Assembly: GCF_000315625.1 (NCBI RefSeq)
Contig: NW_005434663.1
Location: 1,064,360 to 1,098,122 of the forward strand
DNA from: Guillardia theta CCMP2712
Taxonomy: Eukaryota; Protista; Cryptophyta
Direction: 5' to 3'
DNA length: 33,763 nt
The translations under genes and the position numbers were made by a program. Shown here one piece after another: positions 1 to 11,600 of this stretch. Position 1 is the first letter of the stretch, and every line of letters starts with the position of its first letter. Under the pieces are notes generated by a model. It did no database searches and had not been told where the DNA came from. It saw nothing but the letters and a program-made list of their open reading frames with translations.

Positions 1-3000
1 CGCGTTGCAGTTGTGTACCATTGTTACCCCGGCCACGCTTCCAGCATGTCACTTCGAAAAGCTTCATCCGGAGAAGGGGATCTCAAAGTGATCGACATCG
101 AAAGAATCAAAAGAATGACTTCCTTGCACCCTGCGGCTACCAGCAGGAGACCAGACTCAGAGGATCTCTCGCCGTCCATGAATCGTTCGATTGACGATGA
201 CGAGGATGACGAGGATGACGAAGACGAGGGCCGCCAAGGGTACACTATGCCTTCCACCAGACGGATGATAGATAGTACTCTCAGATCCTCACTGAAACAT
301 CTGTTGTGTTAACAGTTGAACACAGATTTCGTCGAGAAGGTGTTCAAGTTTGACGATCTGGAGTTGACCAAGTAAGGCTAGAAGTATCTTCTTGATCAGA
401 TGCATGACTTCGTGTCAGAGGTGCCAAGGCCAAAGGACAGCGTCTTGATTCATCCTCTTTCTCGATTCTTCCAGGTGACATTTCCTCTCTGCAGTCTTCA
501 CACACAAGTAATGTTATGTTCAGACATGGGAGTTTTTGTCTGGAATATTGTTGTTGTACACGACGTGGGTCACACCACTTCTGATAGCGTTCTTCTCCGA
601 GCAAGAAGTACTTGTTCTCAGTCTTGCTGGCTCCATGATTTCTTGATGTTTTGCAAAGGGATTTTGTGCGCATGCGCCCACCCTCAAGTTTGACATGGCT
701 GTGGATCTTTTCTTCATCACAGAGATTTTCGTGCAGTTCTCGACAGGTCTGATCGCTTCGTTCAGTCACCCATTGACGTCTAGTGATACAGGCAAGCTGT
801 TGGGGATCGAGTACATCTTAGAGCGAGGGAGAGTAGCATTGATTTACCTCCACCATGGCTTCGTCACTGATGTAATACCAGTACCATTTGTTCACACCAG
901 CACCATTTTTTCACATTAGCACATTTGTGTATAGCAGCACCAATTGTCCTCTCCAGCATCTGTGACCCTCATCATGATTCTTATGACGTCGTCCAGGTCT
1001 TGGCTGGTCTGCCGATATCTTTTCTCGAATATTTCCTCATCGAAGGTTTTCTTGTCTCGCTTGTTTGACTTCTCACTTCTGCCAAATCTCAAGACACACC
1101 TTGCTCGTCGCAATCAGCCGGATATTCTAACAGTGCGTACGTGCGATACCTGAGGCTTGTGCGAATGCTCAGGATGCTCCGACTGCTCAAGGTACTTGTG
1201 TCTTGTGTCTTGTGTCTTGTGTCTTGTGTCTTGTGTCTTGTGTCTTGTGTCTTGTGTCTTGTGTCTTGTGTCTTGTGTCTTGTGTCTTGTGTCTTGTGTC
1301 TTGTGTCTTGTCTTCCCCGCACTTGGCGACTGAGAAGTTTCACATCAGGTCCTCAAGATCTTCAATGTTCTCCGGGACTTCTTCTTGTGGCGCCCGACGG
1401 TGGTTCGCCTCACCAAGGCAGCCTTTTCAATCTGCATGATTGCACACATCGGGGGATGCCTGTGGTGGTTCCTGAAACTGCAGGAGCTCTCACACGAGGA
1501 GCTGGCGGCGTTCAAAGCAGAATACAATCTCGATCATCGCGTCTCCTCGCCCTACATAGTCTCAGTGTACTTCCTCATGGCAACTCTATGTAATACTTGC
1601 TGTCTCCTCCTGTCTCCTCCTCTGTCCTTCTCTCCTTGTTACCCTCCCTGCTCTCTATCTTTGTTCTAACTTAGCTCTCAGGTACTGTTGGCTACGGGGA
1701 CATCTCAGCAGTGACAGATTATGTAAAGAATCGTCCTTCCCTTTCCCCTTTGCCCCTCCTCTCCTCGTTTCTTCCCTCCTCTGCCCCCGGCAGCCCTGTT
1801 CCTCGTCTCGGGTCATGAACACTGCAGGAGCGACTGTTTGCCATCGCTTTGATGTTCATCGGGGCTTCTGTCTTCGCCATCATCATCAGCAACATGTCGG
1901 GTGAGTTGCTTCCTCAGTCTCTTTATGTGTGACTGTCTGGCAGCACTCGTAAATTCCGTTTCTTCGAGGTGAAGTAGCGAGGAGGAGAGTGCAGGAAGAG
2001 ATGGATGGAGAGATGGAGGGAGAGGGAGGGAGGGAGTGGGAGAGGGAGTGGAAGATTCAGGGCAGCAACGTGGCTGGACTTTTGACGTATTTAATGCTTT
2101 TACAACAGTGAGAACGAAACTTTGGATCAGATGGAAAAGGTTCTTGAGTTCATGAGGCAGAACAAACTGCCGCAAGCGTTGGAGCGTCGAGTGCAAAACT
2201 TTTACTTCTTCAAGGCATCAAGAGTTCGGTCGTCTGCACAATCGTCGCTGGTAAAGTCAAAACTTTTGACAACATGATGCAACCATTGACTGATGGGGCG
2301 AGCAGGTGCTGGCCGACTTGCCTGTGGAGCTGAGAAAGTGAGAAATGTTTGAATGCTCCAGATAAATGATAAACATGTTTGAATGCTCGAGAGGAAGATG
2401 TATGATGAGAATGATCTCCTCACAAAATTGTCTGAGATGACTTCTATCTTCGCCGTTCTTACTCTCGATCTTGATTGTTTTGCCATCAGTCAGATTGATC
2501 TAGCTCTCAATCGACACCTGTTGGGCTCCATTTGGCTGTTTGACAAGTTGGAAGATGTTGTTCTTCAAGAGATTGTTCGAATCCTTGATGTGAGAAACAC
2601 TTCCTTTCCCTTCCCTCACGTCCTCGTGCTCCTCGCTTTTGTAATCGCTCTCTCCTCTCTCCTCGCTCCTCTCTCTTACCTCTTCTCTCCTCTCTCTTCT
2701 TGCTCTCTTCTCTTCTCTTCTCTTCTCCTCTCTCTTCTCTCTCTCTTCTCTCTCTTCTCTTTGGATCTCTCTCCCCTCTTCTCAACCTGACTTCTTGTGC
2801 AGGTGGAGCTGAGGCTACCGGGGGAGACTATCTACGATCTGGGAGATCAGGCGGACTGTCTCTACATCATCATTTCAGGTTCTGTCACCCTGTCTCTCCG
2901 GGAAGACCCTGCCCTCAAGCTCCGCTCTGAGATCCTCGACCAAATTCAAAAGGTCCGACATTTCCCGCTGCTGGCATTCGATTTTATTCTTGTAAGCTCT

Positions 3001-3755
3001 TTCTTCTCTTCTCATTCTTTCCTAGGGCGACGTCTATGGCGAAGTTGCTATCCTCATGGATACCACTAGGTCGATACTCCTCCCTTCACCTTCCCCCCTC
3101 TTCCATTCCCCTCACTTCCTCCTCTCTTCTCCGTCCTCTTTCATTGCTCCTTTCCACTTGTCTCGCTGTGGCTGAGGGAGGGGCAGGGAGTCGATGGCAG
3201 TGTCAGATGGATTTCTCGAGCAGTACGTCCTCTCCTCCTCCAACCTCGAGATCGTCCTCAACGAGCTTCCCGACGTCAACGAGCGTCTCAAGCAGCGGGC
3301 GCAGGTGCGAGCAGAGCAGCTGTTCGGGGGGATCCTGGAGCAGGAGGGGGCGCACTGGAAAAGGAAGGTCGCCCCCAACAACGCGTTCAAGTGGAGGAGG
3401 TTGTGCAGAAAGCTGATGATAAGCAAGGGAACTTCATCGAATGTCTTTTTCTCAAGGATATTCAACTTCACAATGGTAAACTCCCTCCTCCTTTACTGCT
3501 GCTCCCGTCCTCTTCATACCCTGTACTTTCCTATTCTCTCCTCGCCTTCTCCCTTCTCTCCGCCTGCCCTCTTCCTCCTCCCCTCCTTCCCCGTTTTTTT
3601 CTCCTTACCTTGCTTTTCCTCTCAATTCCTCTCTTCTCCTTTCCCCCTCCTCCCCTCCTCCCCTTCTCATCTCTCCTCTGCGCTGCTCGCTTCTCCATGC
3701 CGCGGTCCTGCACGACCCTTGCCATGCTGATCCTCTGGTCAGGCGCATTCAGACT
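1..3755 (+). repeat. Direct segmental repeat, copy 1 (matches 8745-12498)
   Basis: Sequence and ORF track repeat at an offset of 8743-8744. The only differences I saw are in the first ~35 nt and one extra A near 432. Identity ends after GCGCATTCAGACT (3755/12498). Confidence 0.97.
1195..1310 (+). repeat. (TCTTGTG)n heptamer tandem repeat, ~16 units, in the intron after the S4 exon
   Basis: Directly visible; follows the donor CTCAAG|GTACTT. Confidence 0.97.
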
Positions 3756-5199
3756 TCAGGAGGATGACAAGGGTTCATCCGACCAGCTCGATAAGGCGAC
3801 GAGGGCCAAGAGGTTCTTTGGCGTTGAGTTGCGCATTCTCCACTTTGTCATGATTGCGACCTGCTTTTCACATTCCGAGCGCTGTCGAGCGTCACTGCCA
3901 GGCAGTCCAGGGGGAGTTTCTCCTCTCTCCTTTCCCCTTAGTCCTCTGAACCTTCGAGGAGGACGAGGAGTGAGAAAGAGCACGCGCTGGCTGCTCAACT
4001 ATGATGTCGGTATTCGTCCTATCAGCAAGCGCAGAATGAAGAAGATCGACGATGAAGTGTAAGTAGACTAATGGGATTCCAGCCTGTTGCTAATTGCCCT
4101 TCTCTCCTTCCTCTTCTCTTTTCTCCCTCCCTTGGGCCATTCTTTTCTCTCGCTGCCTCCCTGTCCCTCAACTCTCCCAAATCGCTCCCCTCCTCGATGT
4201 TGAGCTGATTCACCTCTAAGGGAAGAAGAGCTCATGAAGGAGGAGGAGGCAGGAAATCTCCCCAGTGAGACAGAGTTGTCCGGTGCTTCTCTGCATGCTG
4301 AGAGATGCTGCAGGTTACGCGACAAGAGTAAGGAGGGAAGTGAGGTCCATATGCAGGAGTATGCTGCTCGAGCATGGACTCTCAGCATCAGATCCAGAGT
4401 TTCAAGACACGCAAGAGGGTTCAAAAGAGGAAGAGAAAGAGGAGGAAAAGGAGGAGGAGAAAGAGGGATCAATATCTGAAGAAGTCACTCCGGAGCAGGA
4501 GGTAAGGAGGGTTGTCGAGGATGTAGCAGGGGTCACGGTGAGAGCAGGAGGACGTTCAAGAATTCGGAGACAGAGGGCCCGACGGTTTCCTCCAGCAGTT
4601 CCTCGAGCAGGTAATGGAGTGCGGAGATGCGGGAAGAGGAGAAGCCGATGACGTGTTGAGCAGCGGAAGAAGATGATGGAGAATCAAGAGGAACGGGAGG
4701 ATGAAAAACCTCTGACGTTCGAGGAAGCGAAGAAACGAAAGGTACCAGAGGTTGTCATGGTGCCCCGCTGTAATGGAAATTCTTGAAGGCAGAGCAGATG
4801 ATGCAAGCAGAGAGAAAGAAGAAGACAACATCTCTGCCCTTGCCTGATCTCTCCCCTTCCGATTGGATCGGATTCTTGCCAAAGCACAGGGAAGCGAATC
4901 AGACCGCTACTGCTGGATGGAAGCAAGATGCTGAAAATCTGGAAGAGGAAGAGGAGGTGGAGGATGATGAAGAAGTGGAGGGTGAAGAAAAGGTAGAGGA
5001 GGAAAACAAAGAAGAAGTAGAGGAAAACAAAGAAGAAGCAGAGAATGATAAAGAAGAGGTAGAGAATAGTAAAGAACAGTTAGAAGAAAGGGAGAAGGCG
5101 AAACCATTGAGTAGTCAACAGAAAATTGGAAAGGAGTGCAACAAGAGGAAGCTAAAGGGCGAGTTTATACAAGAAAGAGGAAAGAAGAGGATGATATGA
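3756..5199 (+). CDS. 3' part of a spliced gene for a Glu/Lys-rich hypothetical protein; 5' end missing at the repeat junction
   Basis: Phase-consistent exons: ...PLNLRGGRGVRKSTRWLLNYDVGIRPISKRRMKKIDDEV / EEELMKEEEAGNLP / YATRVRREVRSICRSMLLEHG...TPEQE / EDVQEFGDRGPDGFLQQFLEQ / QRKKMMENQ...KKRK / AEQMMQ...KKRMI*. Donors include GTAAGT, GTGAGA, GTAAGG, GTAATG and GTACCA. Confidence 0.7.
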
Positions 5200-5558
5200 G
5201 GGCAGATAAATCATATTCAGAGCAAAAGACGAGTAATTTTACAACGGCTAAGCAGAGACTTGTTGGAAATGAAACTGATTCAACATCTGTTTGAGGAGCC
5301 ACAATCCATGATTTCGCACTTCAAAAAGGATAGTACAAATGAAGAAACGACAACTAGAACTTTTCTTAAAAGGTGCCAATTTTCTCAAGTTATAAAGTAC
5401 GGTATGTCCCTCACTCCTCTCTTCAGCTGTGCCCTCAACTCCTCTATCACGTCTCCTCTCCTTGCTCTCGGTCTCTATGGTAGTCCTACAATCTCGCCAG
5501 CAGCTCCCTGCGACGAGTTCTGGGAGTCTTCCGTTAAGTTAGTCTGCCTTCCCTGGTC

Positions 5559-6626
5559 TTACTCCTCCGTCTCCTCCGCTTCTTCCGAGACTTCCTCCAC
5601 CTTGGGCATCGATTGCTGTAAAGTTTCAGCCCCTGCCCCTCCTCTTCAAACTCCATCGCCCTACCTGAACCTTGGCCTCGCGCGAGCTTCCTCGACTTTG
5701 TAGTTCTTCTCGCTCTGACGCAAACGATTCCTGGTTGGGCTGAACAGGCTCGTCCATGTTGTCCAAGTAGTCTATCTCTCCCTCCTGCTGGCTCTGCTGC
5801 GTTTGTCCTCCTCCCTTCACCCGGACCTTCACGTGCGTGAGGAGAGCAAGAGGAGGGTCTCAAGCACCTGAAGAGGAGCAGGGGTGGCCTTTGTGAAGGA
5901 TGGCTCATTGCTCCGACTTGTGTACCGCCACTTGGGCGATCCTCTTGCAGACTTGATAGCAGGCAACACCTGGACGACAAGATCAAGAGGAGAAGAGCGT
6001 CATCGACGAGGCATACAATAGGGTACTCAGCGCAGTTCTTCAGATACTCCTCATCTCTTCTCGCTTTCTCCTCCCATTCAAGATGTGAATAGTGTCTGCA
6101 GGACGATAAGAGGACACCAGCGCGAGGGTACATGAGAGATTCAACTCACGGCTCCTTGTGCTGGATTCTGCGTAAGATCTGCAGATTCTCCTCGGTAATG
6201 CGCATGAGCTCTCTCTTCCGATACTCCTTGTTCAGACTCTTGCCGTAGGTGACTGGGGGGCCCATGTACTTCTCGTCGAGAAGCTGAGGGTGCGTCATAA
6301 TGTATGACATCTTGTCTAGCAGCCTGACATCCTGTCACATTCACAACAAACTTCATGCAGTGCAGTACAAGTAGTTGTCGCGCTCAATCTGACTGTAGCG
6401 TTCTTCGTCCATTTGCTGTTTCTTGAGGTTTTGGACGAGGTGGATGTACCTGTTCAAGGTCAACACGTGTTTGATTGTCGCAAGTCACTCACTTAGGTGG
6501 AGGTTTGTTGTCGACGGCCGGCTTGATCTGTTTAAGACGTTGCTTATGCAGCTTTTGACAGTGTTTGACCCATTTGTCGTCCAAGTGCTTGTTCAACTTT
6601 GGCATGGCTTTCCTATATGCATACAT
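5559..6626 (-). CDS. CFAP97/KIAA1430 (Hemingway)-family cilia/flagella-associated protein, multi-exon
   Basis: Spliced translation MYAYRKAMPKLNKHLDDKWVKHCQKLHKQRLKQIKPAVDNKPPPK-YIHLVQNLKKQQMDEERYSQIERDNYL-LLDKMSYIM...SLNKEYRKRELMRITEENLQILRRIQHKEP-HYSHLEWEE matches the family pattern (KPxVDNKPP, IERxNxxLLxKM, SLN..R..E..RI..EN..IL.RI). It ends in an acidic tail EEAEETEE*. Confidence 0.88.
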
Positions 6627-6830
6627 CCTAAAAAACTTTCCAGATTTGCTTCTGTCTAAGTGCCTAAGTTTTGCGTTCAAGCTCGATACAAATGGATCGT
6701 CCTGCTGCAAGGAACAGAATCAGTCAGACTTCTAAACTTGCTGCAAACGTAAAAGACAAGGAAAAATCGGCTGTTCACATTGTAAACTAGTCCTCTGTGT
6801 TTTCATTTCCATCTTCTGTCTTCCTCCTCG

Positions 6831-6930
6831 TCTCCTCTATTGTACCGATTTCACATCTTCTGTCTTCTCCTCTATTGTACCGATTTCACATCTTCTGTCT
6901 TCTCCTCTATTGCACCGAATTCACATGTTC
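6831..6930 (+). repeat. 35-bp tandem repeat, ~2.9 copies
   Basis: TCTCCTCTATTGTACCGATTTCACATCTTCTGTCT at 6831 and 6866, with a degenerate third copy at 6901. Confidence 0.92.
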
Positions 6931-7339
6931 CTTTCACACAAAGTATGCGACAATACATGCAACAGTGATGCGTGGTGAAACATCCCCCCAAGCTGCTCCC
7001 AGCCTCATTGTCCTATCCTCTCCTTTTAGCTAGCAACTGACAAAACGATTCCTTCTGTCTCCCTTCGTCTCAATTTTTTTTTTCGTTCCCTCTTTTGTGC
7101 CGGTTTCTCGTCCGTGTCTCAATCCTCTCTTCTCTCCTTCGTTCCTGACAGTTTCCTCTTGTCCCTCCCTTGTTTCTATCCGTCGCTGCACAATGTTAGA
7201 CACCTTCCTTCCCTCCCTCACCTCCCAGCTCCTCTCCCTCCTCCTGCCGTCTCCTTTCTTTCCTTCACTCGCTCATTTCATTCCTATTCTCCCTCTCCCC
7301 CTCCCTCTCCCTCCCTCCCTCCCTCCCTAACAACTCGCA

Positions 7340-8490
7340 TTGCTCAACCGCCAACGATCTTTGGTGGACCCTACCCCGTTCGTTGTACCTGACCCATGAC
7401 CCCATTGAATCCAGGACCCGAACTGATATGACCCCCTACTCTCAATGTATTCAGCAAATTCACCCCACAATTGCAAGTTCAAGGCACCGGTATTTCAGTA
7501 ACTTCTTGTACCCCCTACCTCTCTTAATTGTTTCGTTAACCCCTACACCCTACCTGTCGACTTGCCGTTATCAGTACCCGTACTACCTACCCAAAAACGG
7601 TTTCGTCCATAACATAGTAGTGCCATGCCGCACTGCACTGGGCCCGGCCCGGGGCCGGCGGTGAACGGCGCAGGGGCCGCCCCCCGGTGACCGTACGGTA
7701 GTACGGTGGGGCCGTGGCGGCGGGCAGGCCGCGTGCCGCCGGATCGGATCGGCCGGACAGGCCGGTCAATCGGAAGGGTCAATCGGAAGGGTCTCCTCGT
7801 GACTCTGCAACATCCGAAGATCCAGCAAAACTTGGCACTCCGAGGGCCTTGCCGGTGGCAGGCCGCAGTGGCAGCAACTTAGCGTTGGCACTGAGAAGCT
7901 TCCTGAAAACGAAGACGACCCCGGTTCGACGCACAGCGGCAGCACACCGTCACGGACGTGTTTCGAGGCGGCAATGCCAGTCACGTACGTGTGACCGTCC
8001 GGTCGTGAGTCACTCATCATGGGCCTCTCAAGTTTTCGGGGCCGGACCCGGCCCGTGCCACGTGACTGTCCGGTCACCCGACTCAGTCACTGTGAGTCGG
8101 TGTACTAGTTTTTTCACCGTTTAACTTTGAGTAAAGTGCTCAACTGTACGGTTATATCTGGTCCACGGTACGGTACAAAAAGATATCAATTAAGTAAAAG
8201 TTTACGTTACGTTGAGTCAGGTCATTTCGGCATAAGACTGTGGAATAAAAGGGGGTGGGGTGGTCCGGAAGCTCTACATTGTGGCAGGGAAAAAGGGGGT
8301 GGTCATCATGATTCTGGGGTCCATTTCAAGTGCTGATAGTAAAGAGAGGGGTGGCCCACGGATTGGCAACTTTCGAGGTACGGCCACTGAGATAGCCACA
8401 CGGGTGGGGTGGTGGCTTCCGGGGGTGCACTGGGCCTCAAGTAGGGGTAGCTAGAGAGAATTTTGATGGATAGAGGACGGGTGGTGTGAA
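7340..8490. repeat. Composite intergenic element: CCC(T)AC-rich left arm, GC-rich palindromic core (~7620-8100), GGGGTGG-rich right arm
   Basis: The core has CCGTACGG, GTGAC-N6-GTCAC, GACTCA-N7-TGAGTC, GGCCCGGCCCGGGGCC and a 13-bp direct repeat TCAATCGGAAGGG. No credible ORF. Confidence 0.55.
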
Positions 8491-8684
8491 TGACTTTTTC
8501 TATGGCAGCGAGAGGGAGTGGAGATCCATGGGATAGGAAGGGAAGAGGGAGGGAAGAAGGAAGGAGGAGAGAGGAAGATGAGGGGCGAACGATGAAGGAA
8601 ATAGATGCGGGGTTGAGAAGAGGGCCGGAGAGAAGGGAAGTGAAGGACTGAGTGTGAGGATCATTTAGCTGTGGAATAGCGGAG

Positions 8685-11600
8685 ATGGGAGGTGATAATT
8701 GCTCAATTTCCTACGATGAACTCGATTACAGCAGGCTGTCTTCACGCGTTGCCAGTTGTGTACCATTGTTACCCCGGAACGCTTCCAGCATGTCACTTCG
8801 AAAAGCTTCATCCGGAGAAGGGGATCTCAAAGTGATCGACATCGAAAGAATCAAAAGAATGACTTCCTTGCACCCTGCGGCTACCAGCAGGAGACCAGAC
8901 TCAGAGGATCTCTCGCCGTCCATGAATCGTTCGATTGACGATGACGAGGATGACGAGGATGACGAAGACGAGGGCCGCCAAGGGTACACTATGCCTTCCA
9001 CCAGACGGATGATAGATAGTACTCTCAGATCCTCACTGAAACATCTGTTGTGTTAACAGTTGAACACAGATTTCGTCGAGAAGGTGTTCAAGTTTGACGA
9101 TCTGGAGTTGACCAAGTAAGGCTAGAAGTATCTTCTTGATCAGATGCATGACTTCGTGTCAGAGGTGCCAAGGCCAAGGACAGCGTCTTGATTCATCCTC
9201 TTTCTCGATTCTTCCAGGTGACATTTCCTCTCTGCAGTCTTCACACACAAGTAATGTTATGTTCAGACATGGGAGTTTTTGTCTGGAATATTGTTGTTGT
9301 ACACGACGTGGGTCACACCACTTCTGATAGCGTTCTTCTCCGAGCAAGAAGTACTTGTTCTCAGTCTTGCTGGCTCCATGATTTCTTGATGTTTTGCAAA
9401 GGGATTTTGTGCGCATGCGCCCACCCTCAAGTTTGACATGGCTGTGGATCTTTTCTTCATCACAGAGATTTTCGTGCAGTTCTCGACAGGTCTGATCGCT
9501 TCGTTCAGTCACCCATTGACGTCTAGTGATACAGGCAAGCTGTTGGGGATCGAGTACATCTTAGAGCGAGGGAGAGTAGCATTGATTTACCTCCACCATG
9601 GCTTCGTCACTGATGTAATACCAGTACCATTTGTTCACACCAGCACCATTTTTTCACATTAGCACATTTGTGTATAGCAGCACCAATTGTCCTCTCCAGC
9701 ATCTGTGACCCTCATCATGATTCTTATGACGTCGTCCAGGTCTTGGCTGGTCTGCCGATATCTTTTCTCGAATATTTCCTCATCGAAGGTTTTCTTGTCT
9801 CGCTTGTTTGACTTCTCACTTCTGCCAAATCTCAAGACACACCTTGCTCGTCGCAATCAGCCGGATATTCTAACAGTGCGTACGTGCGATACCTGAGGCT
9901 TGTGCGAATGCTCAGGATGCTCCGACTGCTCAAGGTACTTGTGTCTTGTGTCTTGTGTCTTGTGTCTTGTGTCTTGTGTCTTGTGTCTTGTGTCTTGTGT
10001 CTTGTGTCTTGTGTCTTGTGTCTTGTGTCTTGTGTCTTGTGTCTTGTGTCTTGTCTTCCCCGCACTTGGCGACTGAGAAGTTTCACATCAGGTCCTCAAG
10101 ATCTTCAATGTTCTCCGGGACTTCTTCTTGTGGCGCCCGACGGTGGTTCGCCTCACCAAGGCAGCCTTTTCAATCTGCATGATTGCACACATCGGGGGAT
10201 GCCTGTGGTGGTTCCTGAAACTGCAGGAGCTCTCACACGAGGAGCTGGCGGCGTTCAAAGCAGAATACAATCTCGATCATCGCGTCTCCTCGCCCTACAT
10301 AGTCTCAGTGTACTTCCTCATGGCAACTCTATGTAATACTTGCTGTCTCCTCCTGTCTCCTCCTCTGTCCTTCTCTCCTTGTTACCCTCCCTGCTCTCTA
10401 TCTTTGTTCTAACTTAGCTCTCAGGTACTGTTGGCTACGGGGACATCTCAGCAGTGACAGATTATGTAAAGAATCGTCCTTCCCTTTCCCCTTTGCCCCT
10501 CCTCTCCTCGTTTCTTCCCTCCTCTGCCCCCGGCAGCCCTGTTCCTCGTCTCGGGTCATGAACACTGCAGGAGCGACTGTTTGCCATCGCTTTGATGTTC
10601 ATCGGGGCTTCTGTCTTCGCCATCATCATCAGCAACATGTCGGGTGAGTTGCTTCCTCAGTCTCTTTATGTGTGACTGTCTGGCAGCACTCGTAAATTCC
10701 GTTTCTTCGAGGTGAAGTAGCGAGGAGGAGAGTGCAGGAAGAGATGGATGGAGAGATGGAGGGAGAGGGAGGGAGGGAGTGGGAGAGGGAGTGGAAGATT
10801 CAGGGCAGCAACGTGGCTGGACTTTTGACGTATTTAATGCTTTTACAACAGTGAGAACGAAACTTTGGATCAGATGGAAAAGGTTCTTGAGTTCATGAGG
10901 CAGAACAAACTGCCGCAAGCGTTGGAGCGTCGAGTGCAAAACTTTTACTTCTTCAAGGCATCAAGAGTTCGGTCGTCTGCACAATCGTCGCTGGTAAAGT
11001 CAAAACTTTTGACAACATGATGCAACCATTGACTGATGGGGCGAGCAGGTGCTGGCCGACTTGCCTGTGGAGCTGAGAAAGTGAGAAATGTTTGAATGCT
11101 CCAGATAAATGATAAACATGTTTGAATGCTCGAGAGGAAGATGTATGATGAGAATGATCTCCTCACAAAATTGTCTGAGATGACTTCTATCTTCGCCGTT
11201 CTTACTCTCGATCTTGATTGTTTTGCCATCAGTCAGATTGATCTAGCTCTCAATCGACACCTGTTGGGCTCCATTTGGCTGTTTGACAAGTTGGAAGATG
11301 TTGTTCTTCAAGAGATTGTTCGAATCCTTGATGTGAGAAACACTTCCTTTCCCTTCCCTCACGTCCTCGTGCTCCTCGCTTTTGTAATCGCTCTCTCCTC
11401 TCTCCTCGCTCCTCTCTCTTACCTCTTCTCTCCTCTCTCTTCTTGCTCTCTTCTCTTCTCTTCTCTTCTCCTCTCTCTTCTCTCTCTCTTCTCTCTCTTC
11501 TCTTTGGATCTCTCTCCCCTCTTCTCAACCTGACTTCTTGTGCAGGTGGAGCTGAGGCTACCGGGGGAGACTATCTACGATCTGGGAGATCAGGCGGACT

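Larger units (their letters stand above)
1..3853 (+). pseudogene. Truncated, frameshifted copy of the CNBD K+ channel gene (pseudogene or assembly duplicate)
   Basis: Same exons as 8685-13097 (S1-S6, TVGYGD exon 1682-1722, CNBD). The start lies outside the window. The +1 A near 432 breaks the frame. The last exon is replaced after AHSD and reaches TGA at 3851-3853. Confidence 0.7.

Noticed and set aside
1089-1593. ORFs with CVLCLVS / TQDTRHK repeats (also at 9832-10336)
   Set aside because: These are translations of the intronic heptamer repeat.
6831-6930. 35-bp repeats resembling a CRISPR array
   Set aside because: The repeats are head-to-tail with no spacers, the context is eukaryotic, and there are no cas genes.
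7543-8124. GC-rich ORFs in the spacer
   Set aside because: Low-complexity Arg/Pro/Gly frames on both strands with no splice or domain support.
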